Shown here piece after piece: positions 1-14,863 of a DNA stretch of 64,000 nucleotides. The position numbers and the translations under genes were made by a program. The DNA comes from Selaginella moellendorffii (Eukaryota > Plantae > Lycopodiophyta), in assembly GCF_000143415.4 (NCBI RefSeq), contig NW_003314350.1:124001-188000 (forward strand). The letters are read 5' to 3'. The notes beneath the pieces are model-generated. The model made no database searches. It saw nothing but the letters and a program-made list of their open reading frames with translations, and was not told where the DNA came from. How positions within the stretch are numbered: position 1 is the stretch's first letter; every line of letters starts with the position of its first letter.

Positions 1-3000
1 TTCGAGCATTGTGGTTACCAAGCTTGAAGAAGGTCCCATGTGCAAAACTATACTTGGCAAATAATGCCAAGTTTTGGTGGAGAAAAATAGAGACCAATAA
101 AGGACCAGTGGCCACTTGGGAAATGATGAAGGTGAGGATCTGTGTGACTTACGTTCCTCCGAATGCTACTTTGCACCTAAGGGATGAGCTGAGTAAGTTG
201 AAGGAGACCAAAACTATTCAAGAGTATGTGAATGCGTTTATGACAAAGAGGACACTTGTTACGGATATGGGTGATATGATGTGTTTCATGCCTTCATATC
301 AGGCTTGCAAATTTGGGCTCGAGGCAAGGTGATGCATTGGAACTTGACCAATTATAAGGAAGTATTGAATGCAACTATTAATGTGTATTTCGATGATAAC
401 CTGTGAAAGGGAACACAATGGGGTTGGGATCCATGTTCAGCAAAGGAGCCAAACCAAGAGGGACATATGGCAAAGGGAAATTCAAGAAGAGTTTCTCTAA
501 GAATGAGTCCTTAAGGTTTCAAAAAGGCACATTCGGTGGCTAGTAAGCAAGTACATGGGGGAGTCAAGCGAAAAAGGACAAACCCATGGATAAAAAGGTT
601 AAGTCAGTTAGTAGCATGGGAAACAATATATATTTCAACTGCGGTGAAGCAAGACACTTTTCAAGAGAATGTCCTTACCCCAAAGAAGGCCAAAGTCAAT
701 ATCGCCATTAAGTCGGGTGAAAACCAAACTGAGGTGTGTGATCCAGTCCTTAGCTCAAAGTTACTTATTACATAAAGAGTCATTCGCGACATTTACTAAC
801 CCTCCAAGGGAAGCTCGGAAATAACTTTGTTAAGATCCTAGTGCTTTAGATAATTTTGTGATTGCAGACATAGTCCGGCAAGCCGGACTAATAGTGCAGA
901 AGCTGGATGAACCAAGGACTATAGAGTTTGTTCAAGATAGCTAAAGCATCAATGAGGTACTTCGATAAACAAGAGTCGAAGTAGAGACATGGAAAGTAAA
1001 CATGGACTTTATCGTGTTGGACATGATGGGATTTGATGTGATCTTCGGGATGGATTGGTTCAATCGATTTGTGGTAGCCCTATATGGACAAGGTAGGAAC
1101 CTTATGGTACTGGCAAATGCCTGGAGGCCCAAGATCTAAAGGTAGGGCAATGTAAGGGTAAAGACTCCTTCTTGAACCTGGTGTCCACAAGAGGACAACT
1201 CACTAAAGGAACCAAGACAGCATTTTTGTGTTTACTCTCGGTGAGGAGTGACAAAAAGACGGGAATAAAAGAAGTACCTTTAGTGATCTAGTAGGTGTTG
1301 GATTAATTTCAAAATACTATGTCAAAGGAGCTACCAGCGAGATTACCCCCCACATGACCAATAGAATATAAAATTGAGTTGGTCGAGGGTGCTAAGGCGG
1401 TGGTTCGTCCCCCCTATCATTTGAACGAAAAGGATTTCAAGGAGCTCAAGCACCAACTGGAAAAGTTGGTGGATAAAAGGTATGTTAGGTTGAGCAAATT
1501 GCCATATGGGGTGTTGGTGTTATTTGTGAAAAAAAAAGATGGATCTATGCGCATGTGCATAGATTACCGATTGCTCAATAAATATACAAAGAAGAATAAG
1601 TACCCTTTACCAAGGATTGAGGACTTATTCGATAGGTTGGAAAAAGTAAAATACTTTTCGAGTATTGACCTAAGGTCAAAATATTACCAGATCAAGATAG
1701 CAGAGGAAGATGTCGAGAAAACAACCTATTAAACAAGGTATAGGAGCTTTGAGTTTTTAATGATGTCCTTTGGGCTGTGCAATATGCCAAGAATATTTTT
1801 GGTGTTAATGAACCACATTTTTGTACCCTATCTAGATCACTTCGCGGTCATTTATATTGACAACATCCTAATCTATAGCAAGACGCTAGAGGAGCATGCC
1901 GCACACTTGACAAAGGTGTTTGAGAAACTAAGGGAACACAAGTTGTATGCTAAAGAGAGCAAATATGACTTTGCTCAACAAGAGGTAAAGTTTCTCGGGC
2001 ATGTGGTGGGCAAAAACGGGCTTAAGGTGGACCCTGAGAAGGTTCAAGCAATCCAGGAATGGGAGCAACCATCGAATGTACATAAGTTGAGGACGTTCTT
2101 GGGGCTATACAACTATTGCCAAAAGTTTATCAAACACTATTCGAGAGTAACCTTACCCTTAACGGACCAAATGGGAAAAGGGAAAATGGTATGGACAGTA
2201 GAATGTGAGGCAGCATTTGTCCACCTAAAAGGGAAGTTGAGTAAAACTCCTGTGTTGGCATTATTAGACTTTGGTAAAGACTTCGAAGTAAAAACGGATG
2301 CTTCAGACTTTGTATTGGGTACAATTTTGAAGCAGAACAACTATCTAGTAGTGTTCTTCTTGAAGAAGTTGGATAAAGCTTAGCAAAAGTGGCTTGCCCA
2401 TGAGAAAGAATTATTTGCGGTGGTCAAGGAGCTCAAGGAGTGGCAACACTACCTTGGGAGGCACTTCTAAGTTTACACGGATAATGTGGCAACAAAACAT
2501 CTTGTCACAGCTTGACCTAAGAAGAAAACAAGGGCGGTGGGCCAAAGCTTTGGCTGAGTTCAATTGCGAGATTCTGTATAAAACTGAGACAAGTAACATT
2601 GTGGCAGGTGCTCTAAGTCGAAAGGCAAGTTTAAAGTTGGTGATATTTAGAGTGACAACAATGTTTTGGGATGATATATGGATAGCATATGAAAATGATG
2701 GTTTAGCACAAGAAGTGTTGCTAAAGAACCAAGAAGTGCGGGATGCTCACTAGAGAGGTGAGTTATCAATAAAAGAGAAAACAGGTTATGCAGAATGCAA
2801 TAGACTCATCTATTATAAACAAACGAGGCTGTATGTTCCAGAAGGGGAACTAAAGAAGGTAGTCTTAGAAGAGTGTCATGATGGACCTCTTGCAAGACAT
2901 GGCAGAGTGCCCAAGACGATAGGCTTACTTAAAAAGAAGTATCACTGGCTAAATATGGCTAAAGACGTCCAAGACTATATAAAGACATGTCCAACATGTC

Positions 3001-4658
3001 AATAGGTTAAAGCCATGACTAAGGCTAGTGGGGGCTTGTTACAAAACCTTCCAATTCTAGATCGTCCGTGGAAATGTCTTACGATGAACTTCATTACGGG
3101 ATTCCCCTCAAGTGAGGGGTTAGATGCGATATTTGTGGTGGTGGACTGGTTTTTGAAGATGGTATATTTCATACTCACCACAACGGAAGTGGATGCAGAA
3201 GGTGTGGTGAAGTTGTTTTTCGAACAAGTGGTTTGAGTGCGGGGAAGGCCATAAGAGATCATCTCAGATCAAGATAAGATTTTCACCAATAGGTTCTGGA
3301 AAACTCTCTTGGAATAATATCGCACCAAGTTGAAATTCAACACAGCCTATCACCCACAAACAGGTATGGAGTATTAAGTTAAGTTTGATGGCACTAACAC
3401 TTCTTAAGAGATGGACAAACGGAAAGGGTGAATAAGCAGTTGGAGGATTATTTGTGATGCTATATCTCCGGAGACCAAACTGATTGGATAAGTCATTTGG
3501 GACTTGTGGAAATATGCTATAACAACTTAACAAATTCAAGTATTAGGGTGAGTCCATGGGAAGTCATCAATGGGCGAGCTATTGAAGGGCCTGTGGAACT
3601 CAGCATGGCCGAGTACCATGGAGAGTTACCTGTAGTGGAGGCATTCACGGTGGAAAGACTTAACATTTGGAATTTAGTGAGGGATTCTTTGGAACGGGCT
3701 TAACAAAGGCAAACTAAATATGAAACTAGAAGCGCTGAGATGTAGAGTTCCAACCTAGGGATAAAGGGTCGCTAAACACCAAGAACCTAAGGTTACGAAA
3801 TAGGATCAGCCAAAAGTTGACCCAAAGGTAAAATGCATGTATTTTTGGAAATGAATTGATCTTGAGTTCCTTAAGTAGGTTCATAAAGCCTTATGATATT
3901 GAGGCTCAAATTGGTAAGATGGCTTATTGCCTCTAACTTCCTCAGGAGATGGGGAAGGTGCACTTTACGTTCCACGTGAACTTACTCAAGCTGTATTTTG
4001 AGGATCCGCTTCGCAAAAACCAAGTAAGACATTCACTTGAGGTTATCCAAGGGGAAAAAGAATACGAAGTCAATGTCATCCTCAATGCGCACAAGAGTAA
4101 GGGATAAAAACGCAAGGTGAAGGAGTCCATGTGAAGTGGAAAGGATTTCTATATTGCAAAGCAATATGGGAACCGGAGGAGAACTTAGCAAATGTGCAAG
4201 ATTGGAGGAGTTTTTGCAAAATAGAACTCTATATACTTATGCAAAATTTAATTAAAAAATCTATTTAAGAAATTGAGCAATGTTATATGTTAGGAGCCAA
4301 AGGCACACTGAAGGTAAGTTAATTAGGATGGGTTAGCTAAATTGATTAGGCATAGGGAACTATGCTCGACTCCCTGCAGGGATGTTGAATCCATAGACGT
4401 ATTCTATGGAGGTTGGGTTCGAGTCCCAACCCTCTAGTAAAGCAAGGTTGGGTTCAAGTCCCAACCCTATACTAGGGCGTGGTGAGATGAGGGGTATAAG
4501 GACACCTATACTCCGTTGTCATGGGCTCTTAGTCGGGGAGGCTAATTTAAGCACACTACTAAGTGGGGGGATGCCCCCGAAGACATAATCAACAAGTCGT
4601 AAGATTAAAAAGAAAATGTTCGATGTGGGCATCAAACTTCTTTTATGGGTGGTGGAGT

Positions 4659-5778
4659 TGTAAGGAACCAACTCCTTGAGGTGTCAAAGGCTAAAGGATC
4701 CCCAAAAGCATGACCAAAATGATAAAGAGTTCATCAAATGAGACCGAGTCCAAGATTGAGTCCGAGACTGACTCTGAGACTGAGTTCGAGACCAAGTCCG
4801 AGATCGAATCCAAGACCCAGTTCAAGACCGAGTCTGAGATCTGAGATTGGGTCCGAGACCGAGTCTGAGACCAAGTCCGAGATAGAGTCCAAGGTTGGGT
4901 CAAAGATCAAGTCCGAGATCGAGTATGAGATTAAGTCCAAGGTCGAATCTGAGATCGAGTTCAAGACTGAGTCCGAATACTAATATAGGTCGTGGGGTGA
5001 AAGCCCAAAGTGTGTGTCTCCCAAAGGAGGGGGAGAGGGTGTTGCAGGGGGTTCCAAAAGTATAGTAGAGATAGTGAGGTCTAGGAACTAGTCTTGAATG
5101 AACTCTCTAGTAGTGTTTCCAAATTAACTTGAGGTTGAGACTAGGGTTAAGGGGCCTTGGGTGGGAGTGAGTATGGACTCAGGTGGTGCTAAAGGGGCCA
5201 CTCAAGGAAGTGCTCAAGAGCAGCTCCCACTCCCGAAAGGGAAATTGATTGCGGTGCTCTCGGCTCATGAGGAGTGGGTGCTTCACTTGAGTATCTTGCG
5301 GCTTATTGGTCCTCACCCTTCCTAGGGGCTTGGGCTTTCCCTTTAGGATGGAAGTGGGGGAGTAGGGGTACCCATATCGGGCCGTTAGGCCACAGTGTTT
5401 CCCCTTGGTGTCCCGAAGCATGTGTTGCACCTAAAACTTGGGATTTAGAGGGTCCCATGATCAAATTTTGTTGTACCAAGGGATGTTAAGAATTCGGAGG
5501 TTTGGTGTGCTTGGCTACTTATGCTTATGGGGAGTGTAGCTAAACCTTAAGTTCAATCTAACTCGAGGAGAGGGATTGGGAAAGAATTTTGGAATCTATG
5601 GATGGATGGTTAAAATTTCGTTGCTCATGTAGTGAGTTGCTGAAATCAAGTAAGACCAAGTAAAAGCTAGTATAATAGGCGGGAACTTTAGCGAAGAAAC
5701 TTAAATAAGGCTAAAACCATGATGGTCAGATAAACGAAGTAAGCTAGCAAATTAGAAAGGAAAAATTTGTGGCTTACA
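4659..5778 (+). repeat. 3' LTR (~1.1 kb) of the chromovirus element
   Basis: Starts TGTAAG right after a G-rich PPT-like tract (GGGTGGTGGAG) and ends CTTACA, giving a terminal inverted repeat. Confidence 0.7.
4738..4980 (+). repeat. Degenerate 6/12-bp tandem array (GAGACC/GAGTCC) inside the LTR
   Basis: Seen directly in the sequence. It produces spurious repetitive ORFs on both strands. Confidence 0.85.
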
Positions 5779-6400
5779 TATATTTCAAGTTATGGGATTT
5801 GTACTCAAGACCTATTATGCACATGAAAAGGCATCTGGAATAAGCATAGATTCATGATTTATTAGGTTTCTAGATTAGCTCTAGATTAGTTTTCAAAGCC
5901 TTTATAAAAGTATATTTTGAGGAATTTATACTCCAAATGTTTAATATAATCCAATGTTTTTTTTTCTTCATTGTTTTAATATTTTTTGTCATCTCCCCTC
6001 CTCTTGATAACAAGCTCCAATAGAGTTGAGCCACTAATGTTATTCTAGATGTCATATAGCCTACAAGAATGATATGCCACTGCCTACAATGACTAGAGAG
6101 CTAGATTTAAAATAACTAGCTCTTTTGAGCACAAAAACCACATTAAAAAGATTTAGATAACTATTGTAAATATAGTTAGAGCTGTTTACACACTCATAGA
6201 GGAAGGTAGGTTATAATATGACTAGTTGACAGTAGTATTTGGTGAATTATGTGAATAATTTCAAGCTTTTGTGTATGCATTTTTCAAATTTATTTAGGTA
6301 AAGCTATAATTTTTTGATACGATTCAGAAGTAGAAAATCTGAACAACTAAAATTCATCTATAAATAATCTAAGCCTTATGCCTTAGATCATCGACTAAAA

Positions 6401-7199
6401 ATGTTACAAATAGTTTTGGCTCTCTTTCTTATTCCATTATCTGTTTTATCTCAATCACCTCCTAATGGCACTAAAATAGTTAGCATTAGAAACCAAGTTA
6501 ATGTTACTATCCCTGATATGTGCTTATATGTAGCACCTGTAAGTTTTCCAAGGAGAATAATTTGTCCACAGTGTTCAAGACAGGTGATTATGTTAAATAT
6601 TTCATTTTATTTTCTTGAGTTCTAAAATTTTCTTTGCTTAGTGTTCTTATAATATCAAAGTAAATGAAGCAAGTTCTGGAGCTTGCATATCAAGCTATCC
6701 TATTACAATTGGTATTTATGAAGATTTTTCATATTATTTTGGACAAACAACAGGAGGTTCTGTTTCTAAGGAAGCTTTCCGTAATGAATTTCAAAGTGGA
6801 TTAACTGTTCAAGGACAATGCCTTGATTTCTGTTCATTAAAAGTTGAAGTTTATGATACTAGTTGTTCTTATTATATTGGAAACATAGTTGTCTCTGGAA
6901 ATAATATTACAAGGACATTCAATCTAAACAGAAGATTAACTCCAAGAGGGAGAATATATGATCGCAGATACGACAGTTCATATTCAGACCAATGCTATCA
7001 GTTAAGCTCACCTTTGATATATGAGATAAGTTCAAATTATATAAATCCATTGGAAAGCTTAATTCCCAGGACACTTGAAAACTCAATAATTTTGGGGAGA
7101 AGATTAAGGATGGTAGATATTGGTGATGTCATGGTAGAAATACCAAGATATTGTGTCTATGATGAAATGAACTCCACACTAATATGTACATGTGACTAA
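6401..7199 (+). CDS. Orphan secreted Cys-rich protein, ~246 aa, 2 exons (6401-6583, 6642-7199)
   Basis: Signal-peptide-like N-terminus (MLQIVLALFLIPLSVLS). A 58-bp GT..AG intron joins in frame to an open 185-codon second exon ending ICTCD*. Confidence 0.75.
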
Positions 7200-7706
7200 A
7201 AAGTACTTATACTAATAATATATATGAGTTTTTGGTTTGCTTTAGAAGGGGTGGGGTGGAATAAATATTTTTAGAATATCTAAGTATATTCTAAGAAATT
7301 AATCAAACTGTTGTAAAGTGATCAGAATTTAATCATAATTTATTTATTTAGAACTAATATAAACCTTATTTACAATAATGTTTTAAAACTCAACAATCAT
7401 TAGAAAAGAGAACTCATTTGTTTTATTTGCACAAGACCTCAACTTTATTCCATACTTCTACATCTCCACCATTATAAGCAAATTTGGCTTAAAAGGATGA
7501 TTGTTATAATGAAGTTTGAGAGCCATAAAAATATGATTTTGAATAGCTAAGTAAAGAGGGATCACTCACCCTCAAAACATCTCCAACTTGATGTTTCCTT
7601 ACTAAAAAAATTAAAAAGCTTTAGGAGTAAAACACACTAACCAAAGTATAAAACGAAGGGTCTCCAAACAAAATTTAAAGAGCACTTTTAAGAGGTAATT
7701 TTACAT

Positions 7707-7790
7707 TATAAATATATATATATATATATATATTTATTTATTTATTTATTTATTTATTTATATATATTTTTATATATATATATTTATATA
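7707..7790. repeat. (TA)n/(TTTA)n microsatellite
   Basis: Seen directly in the sequence. Confidence 0.9.
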
Positions 7791-9258
7791 GTAATTTTTT
7801 TTCTAGATTGTTGTCTATTTGTTACTTAACAGTTTTCTTTTCAGTTTAATTCAGTCACTAATCACACTTTATAACCTAACACCATTCCCTATTATCACAA
7901 AGCACATTGGTGCCATAGGCCCCTCTTTTGCCAAAATAATCACTCTTTACCTTGAGTATAAGGAGGTATTAATCAACTTAAGCTCTAAATTGGATTGAGT
8001 TTCTCTCACAACTAATCTGAATTTGAGTTGGAAAATGTCCTCACTCTGTACCTAGTCCTACACCACATTACTATCATCTTTAATAGATTGTGCTAAATGT
8101 GTCTTGGGGGGAGCAAATCCAGCAGCTTGTGTGCTTCCCATAGATTATATTCTAATTGGTTTATATAATCAAATTCATAACAATTTGAAAATAGAAATTG
8201 ATATCATTGACATTCAAGTCTATAAGATACTATAAATTAAATATTTAACTTTATTTTCTAAAACATATAATTTAATGGTAGGATTAAGATTTATTTTTAA
8301 TAATAAAATAATACTATCAAATATATATATAATATGGATAATAGCTATAAAATTAGATTTAGTTTTAGAATTTGAGGCCATGTTGCTGATATTTCTTTAT
8401 TTATACATTAAGAATTTCTAAATTTCCATAGCTTACATCTACAACTTACCTAATTATATCTATTGGATTTCTAGCAAGAGTCCAGCCCTACCTCAAAAAT
8501 CCCACACAATGTTACTTAGCATCTTTTCTAAAAGCACAATGCATTACAATCCCCAGCTGTCATAGCATTTTGGTGGTAGATGAAGTATAGCAAATTAAGT
8601 ATGCATTTGAGCATTTTCTTGATAGTTAGGATTATGAGCTTGACACTCAAGATTACGATCTTGACAATCAAGACTCATGAAAAAGTGATGGTTGCCACCA
8701 TATAGGAGTAGTTAAGGGGGAGAGATAGCACTTGACCCCTATCCCTATCTCTATTGTATTCTAGCCTATCATTAATGCATATTCATTTACTCAAGATTTG
8801 GAGTATTTTAATGATGTCAAGCTTATCTTTACTCATGACCACTATTATAAACGTTTTTAAGGATCAAAAGTTTCAAGTTAGTTTCTAATCAACTTGTGTG
8901 TTCATTAGCTTGTTCTAGAGATCAAAGATTACTATACTAGCACAAGATCAATAACATCAAAAACCCTTTGTCATTCTGCAACCACAGCAGCAAACTGTTG
9001 CAATTAGCTCTTCACTGAATTCTCTCTCACACCTGCAATAAAACTGTAGCAACACTACACCAAAGATTTTCTACAAGTTTTCAGTAGATGATTTGGACAT
9101 TTAGATTCTTAAACTATTCACTATGCTTTAAATTTAGTTGCATGAGTGTCTTATCACTAAAGTAAATCATTTCATAGTTCACAATGCTAATTTGGGCTAT
9201 TGCCAAAGCATTTTGATTTCAAGAATGCTAAATTGCATATAAAAAAACTTAAACTTAA

Positions 9259-9289
<31 letters not shown>

Positions 9290-12200
9290 AATGTTATGAT
9301 ACAAACCCCAAGTTGAAGTTATGTTCTCTAAGATAAGCCTATAGAGATATTTGTAGAATATGACTAAGTTTAAACAAACTAACCATATTCTTATGCTCTC
9401 CAATGCTTACTCATGACTCTTTCCAAATATTTTAGTTTATTAAATTTCATTTAATTTTTATTTTTTATTTTATTTTTTGTAGACTATGGATTAAAACATG
9501 GGAGTAGTGTTGGCACCAACAAGAGCAGTATTTGTCACTAAGAATCCCTAGCTATTATTAGAGATGCCACTATGGCCAAAGGGAAGAAAATCCTATATAT
9601 TCATGTGTTGTACCTATAAATAACTAAAGAGAACGACTTGAGAAATGATTCATAAAGGATTAAATATAAAGGGAAAAGGCATATGAATAAAAGTGCACCA
9701 TTTTTTTCAATTGATTAAGAGTATTAGGATACTTAGGGTTAAGCATCAATAGTATTAAGTTAGATGACATCTTGGGAAGTTTAAATTCAAGAGCTTATAA
9801 TACCATCAATGGGCTATATCTTACAATAGGCTAAGTTCTACTGTCTTATTTCTTCTTATAAAACTATTCCATTACTAGATACTTTTATCTACATTCCCAT
9901 CCTCAAGCATAAGTAAAAAGAAAAAAGAAAGAACGTTCATAATAGTATAATTGTCATCAATGTCATTAGATGTACTAGAAACTAAGAATTTTGATTTTTA
10001 GTTAACCTTGATTGAGTTATAGATGCTACTCTATTCTTTTAGCTTAGTTAATTTGAAACACAATAGGCTGCAATAGAGAAGTGTTATTCCACCTGATCAT
10101 GACCTCTTTCTAGATTAGTTGCCCATCCCAAATACACTCACCACCCATTAAGAGATCATGCATCTTAGGAATCTACCAAAAGACCTTGATACACTATAAT
10201 TTAAATTTGTCTTCAAACCACACTAATGTGAGCATACTCTCTCTATTCTTCACTGCCATGCACACCTATTCAAATTCTTCTTCTTCCTCTCTACATACTA
10301 GAAACTTATCACTTCTACATCCATTTAAAACTCAAGATCTTAATTAGATGACTAAGATTTGGAGAGCTAAAATATCTCTAAGAGTATTAGTGTTGAATGG
10401 TAGGATGGACTTGGAGCTATAGGATCAAAGTTCAAGCTTGTGTAGATGTCAAAAATAGAATTCAAGAAGTAAGAAATTTTCAAAAACTTTTTTTTTTGCT
10501 TTAAAGAGTAAATTCCTCTAAAATTCAAGAGAAAAATCTTATTAAATCTTAAATTCTATGGAACACTCTCCTCAATCCTATCAAAACTTATTATATCCAT
10601 TTGGAGATATAAAATAAAAGGCCTACCTGAATAAGTACTAGATCTCTCATTAAAGGTTATGGATGCTTATCAAACATATTTGTAACATTAATAACAATTT
10701 TTATCATTCTAAAAGACACTTTTATCACTTCAACCCACTAATCTGTCAAAGAAGATGAAAAAATATAAAATATAGAAAAGATAAAAGGTAAAACTGAAAA
10801 CATGCCATAAGAATGTATAAGAACTTTTTGCCCCAACATTGGAACTTTAAAATTTCCATTTCCATCAAGTAAAAATCATCTTTATCATTTTATAAAATAA
10901 CTTTTGCTCATTTACAACTAAAATACTCAAATGATATTTTTATTAATTTTTTATTATATATACTTTTTAGCAGGAGACTTTAATGTCATATGTAAGATAG
11001 AAATGAAAGATAAAATGTTTTACTAGCAAAATTAAATAATAATGATATAAAGAATAAACTGTCCTCCAATAATTCCAATGATAATTTCATTTTTAGACAT
11101 ATCCAAGGTTCTAATATTTCAGACCATGTCTGCTTTGATAAACCATCTCTAGTTTCATGAAGATTTAGTGCTGTAAAAGTATAATCAATGTCCACAACTT
11201 CCTTATCTACAACGTCCTTGTCATTCTTTATCCTCTCATTTTGGCAAAGATTGGCCAAAATTTTTTAAGCAACCAAGTATCACACTTATGTTTTTAAAGA
11301 TCCTTCTTCAAAAGCTACATCAGCTTCAATCCCTTTTAAATCCAGCTATAACTCATGGTTTTAATTAGATTGCTAACTTGCCAGGATTTGAAGAGCTACC
11401 TTACCCTATCCCATTAGCTTGAACTCTCAAAGTACAACTAATTTCCTATATCTTATCATGCCTAAAACTTGCCTACTATTGTAATGTCACCTAAGTGCTA
11501 GAAAGAAGTAGAACAAGGAATTAAGAGAAAAGGGGAGTTAAAAAAGAAAAGGCAGTATACTTCTTATTACATTTACTTGATATGAGTATGGTAAATAATG
11601 TGATGTAAAGATGTCCCTAAATGGATGTATTCATGATGAGATAAGTGGAGAAAAGTGATTTGGGCAAATGTAGTAAATGATGGATAAAGATGTAATGAAT
11701 TCAAGAATGATCAGATAGTGATTTTGAGTGACTCAAAATGATGGTAATGATGTGTGGATGGATCTGATGTAAAGAAAAGCCTGGAAACTATGGGAGAAAG
11801 CCGGGAAATGAATAAGCTCCAAGACGATTGAAGTTGATGCCACCTCAAGACTAAAATGCAATCCTGAGCTTGCTACATAAGATTACAAGTCTTAGAAAGA
11901 CAAGTAGAAAAAAGTAAAAGCAAAGAAAAAAAAGAAAAACAAAGAAAACAAATAAGAGAGAAAAAAAGTGATTGCGAGAGAAGTTGGAGGTGATGCTAGG
12001 AGCTGCTGAATGTCACTGTGTTGTAACATGTTCCAGGTGGATGAAGAGCATTCTGAAGGAGGCCAAAGATGCCAGTGAAGCTAGCTGTGTCACCCTCCAG
12101 AGTTGGATGTTGTGTTGCTATGTCAAGATGGATCACTGTGAGCTTGAGTGGAAACTTGGAACTCTACTTTGTGTATGCTACAATGAAGTGCCTCTAAAGT

Positions 12201-13350
12201 CTAGAATGTGGTGTAAGTCATTGTGTATCTAGTGGATGGGTTCTATGGTGTTGGCCACAGAAGATGCCATGATTGCATTGGGTGATGCTTCGACTGGGAT
12301 CTTATGGGCTGGTGTCACCTCTAGGTGCTGGAAAGGCTAGAGAAAAAAACTAAATTGCTGTAGGAATAAATCTGCCACTACTGCCACCTTTTGCAAGCAT
12401 CAACTATGGGAGCTTTGCGTATGTATAGGTCTCATTCAGCTGTTGTATGTGAGTGTTGAGGACCCGGAAGAGGCCTCCAAAGGTCTAGAGAAGGTATTGC
12501 AACTGAAAACAAGCTTTAAATCATTGTTGATATGTAAATATTCAAACTCATAAGGTCACACAATAAAGTACATGTGTTATGGAGGATTTCTTGTAAAGAA
12601 AAAGTAAGCACAACATCATAGATAGTATGGTGGATATGATCTCTAAGAGAAAACAAAATGTCCCTCTCCATATGTTGATGCAAATGCCCACAATGCTTTC
12701 TCATATCAAAGAGCAGGGATCTCATTTGGTGTCCACAACTATATATCTATGGGCTGGTCTTGACTCTCCACGTGCTCAAGAGGTGCCTCCTCTACTCCCA
12801 AGGTGGTGTTCATGTTGGCATCACAAGTCTCGATGAAAGATGGTGAGCAAAAGCTGGGAAAAACCATATCTAACACCTCCAACTTCATGAAAGGAGTATG
12901 TAAAGTGTCCTCTTATGTTCCCCCACCTTAATCTAAAGCAAAAAAGTCATTCCCCAAAGCTGCCACTACATTTCTACTCTCCACCTCGGCATTTGTAAAA
13001 TATATAGAATCTTAACTGATCTTGGAGCTCAAACAAGTGTGACCAGTTATAGTAGATAGAGGAGGAGCCCAAGGGTGAGACTGTCCAAATGGGATGAAAA
13101 AGGCCGATCATGTTGCACTCTAGCATCTTAAACTTTGATATGGTATCATTGTGGTCTAGCTAGTGTCAACTGTGACACTTTTTGGGATTCCAGAGCCTGT
13201 CCTTTTGCATTGAGGATGTGTTGAGAGGGGAGCCTCTCAACAGTGTGGAGAACACTCTTTCATACTCTAAAATTCTGCTCAAAATATATCTCTTGTATGA
13301 ACTCTCTAAAACCCTAGCAATGGGAAGAAAGGGGTTTATACCCCCCTCCC
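7790..13350 (-). mobile_element. Probable highly degraded LINE (non-LTR retrotransposon) relic
   Basis: The minus strand gives eroded RT-like motifs (IGIGVKCYLSPL ~ RGVRQGCPLSP near 8710-8750; LLILKNVYNS ~ LDxxKAYDS near 8840-8870). It ends at a simple-repeat tail and has a TATA-like motif near 13340. No long ORFs. Confidence 0.4.
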
Positions 13351-14444
13351 AGAATATCCTTCACACCCCTAGAATATTCTAATAGTGGAATATTCTAGGG
13401 ACTCACTCAAATGCTATATATATCCTAATAGGAAATCACTATAAAACTCTAATATTCCTATTAACTTTGTGCTTTTACATTCTTGGAAAAGTTTGCCACA
13501 CAATTAACCATGTAGTGTAGGCCAACTAAAGTGAGTTAGACTATTCCCCCTTCTTGGGCAGCATAAGTGCATTTAATAACACTAACAACCTTCCTTCCAA
13601 AGTCTTGGTTTGTTCCCAAATTGCTTGTTTTGTTTCTGTTTTACTGGTCTATGCATGCAGATTGCAGTGGAATAAAATTAGATTGCTGCTCAGAAGCCTA
13701 GATTTGTGGACATTAGAATGACTTTAGAACTTTTTGCATAAACCTGTTGGCCACTAAGTTTCTTGCACTTAGGCCTAGTTCTTTTTTTTTAAGGCTAATC
13801 TCGAGTTTCTTGGGATAAAGAGCAGGTGATTTAAAGAGACTAACCTTGGAGATCCCAATCAAGTTGAGCACATTGAGCAGAAAGAGATCACAGCTTGGCC
13901 TTTAGTGTCGCAATCAAGGGCAATACCCAGCCTTGGAGCACCTGGTTGTGGATGGAGATCATGGCTTGGCCTTTAGAAAGGCAATAAATCCACAATGACA
14001 ATATATTCCTATAACTGTCCGTGCACTCTACAATGTGCTTCTTGAGCTCCCAAAATTTGGAGACTCACATTAAAAAACACTTTATACTAAGAAATGGGAG
14101 AAGAAGCCTCTAAATGCTTATGAGTCTTACCATGCACAAGTTCAGTGTGGAATTATCAACAAGGTGATTTAGTATTGATGAAGTTTTCTCATCTTGGGTG
14201 TCTTTTGGTCAAGTAGAGAACTTGCCACGTTAGTGCAATCTGGACCTGTATAAGTACGAGACTCCAGTATAGATTCTCTTAACACTATAGAAATCAACAA
14301 TCATCTTATACCTTCGATCTTGCTTTATGGAAAGATATGAATTAAACCCATCAAATTTTGAATAATACCAAGATTTAAGCAGAAAACAAATTGAGCTGCT
14401 CCATGATCTAGAATGTACGATTTAATACAAAGAGAACTTTTGCA

Positions 14445-14680
14445 ACCTAGGATGCATCAAAGTTCCAGCCCTCAAAGTTTGAGCAAATAGTGTGTTCCTT
14501 GCTGGACAAAGAGGAACTTGGTTGCTCAGGCTGGATTGACACCCTATCGAGCCTGTCCTTGCAAAGGAAACTCTAAGAGTGTTGATTCCTGGGAAGACAT
14601 CAACATTTGCATTGGTGACGATGCTTGTACTTGGTGTTCCCAGGATCCCTGAGTCCCTGGAACATGAAATCACTGCCACT
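14445..14680 (-). pseudogene. Germin-like protein fragment, an inverted paralog of the gene at 16789
   Basis: Nucleotide match to ~16945-17215 (SDFMFQGL, TNANVxVFPGINTL, TLFAQTL) with internal deletions. Confidence 0.85.
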
Positions 14681-14863
14681 AACGTGGTTATTGTTGAGAA
14701 TCCCAAGCTCTTCCAGACCACACCAGAGCTTCCCAATCGTGGTCACAGCATTGGTCCCCGATCGTCAAAGTAAGCTTAATCGCTTGTGTCCACAAACTTT
14801 AGAATGGAATCAATGCAGGAAGATTCTATATGTACTTGTCTGATGGAAAAGATGGAAGTTACA

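Larger units (their letters stand above)
1..5778 (+). mobile_element. Degenerate Ty3/gypsy LTR retrotransposon of chromovirus type, 5'-truncated by the window edge
   Basis: Fragmented gag (9-332), RT ([24 protein letters not shown]), RNase H (KTDASD), integrase, and a chromodomain remnant near 4050-4200 (EYEV..IL, KWKGF, WEPEENL). Many stops and frameshifts. Confidence 0.92.

Noticed and set aside
4691-4983. Ser/Glu- or Arg/Pro-rich ORFs
   Set aside because: Translations of the LTR tandem array.
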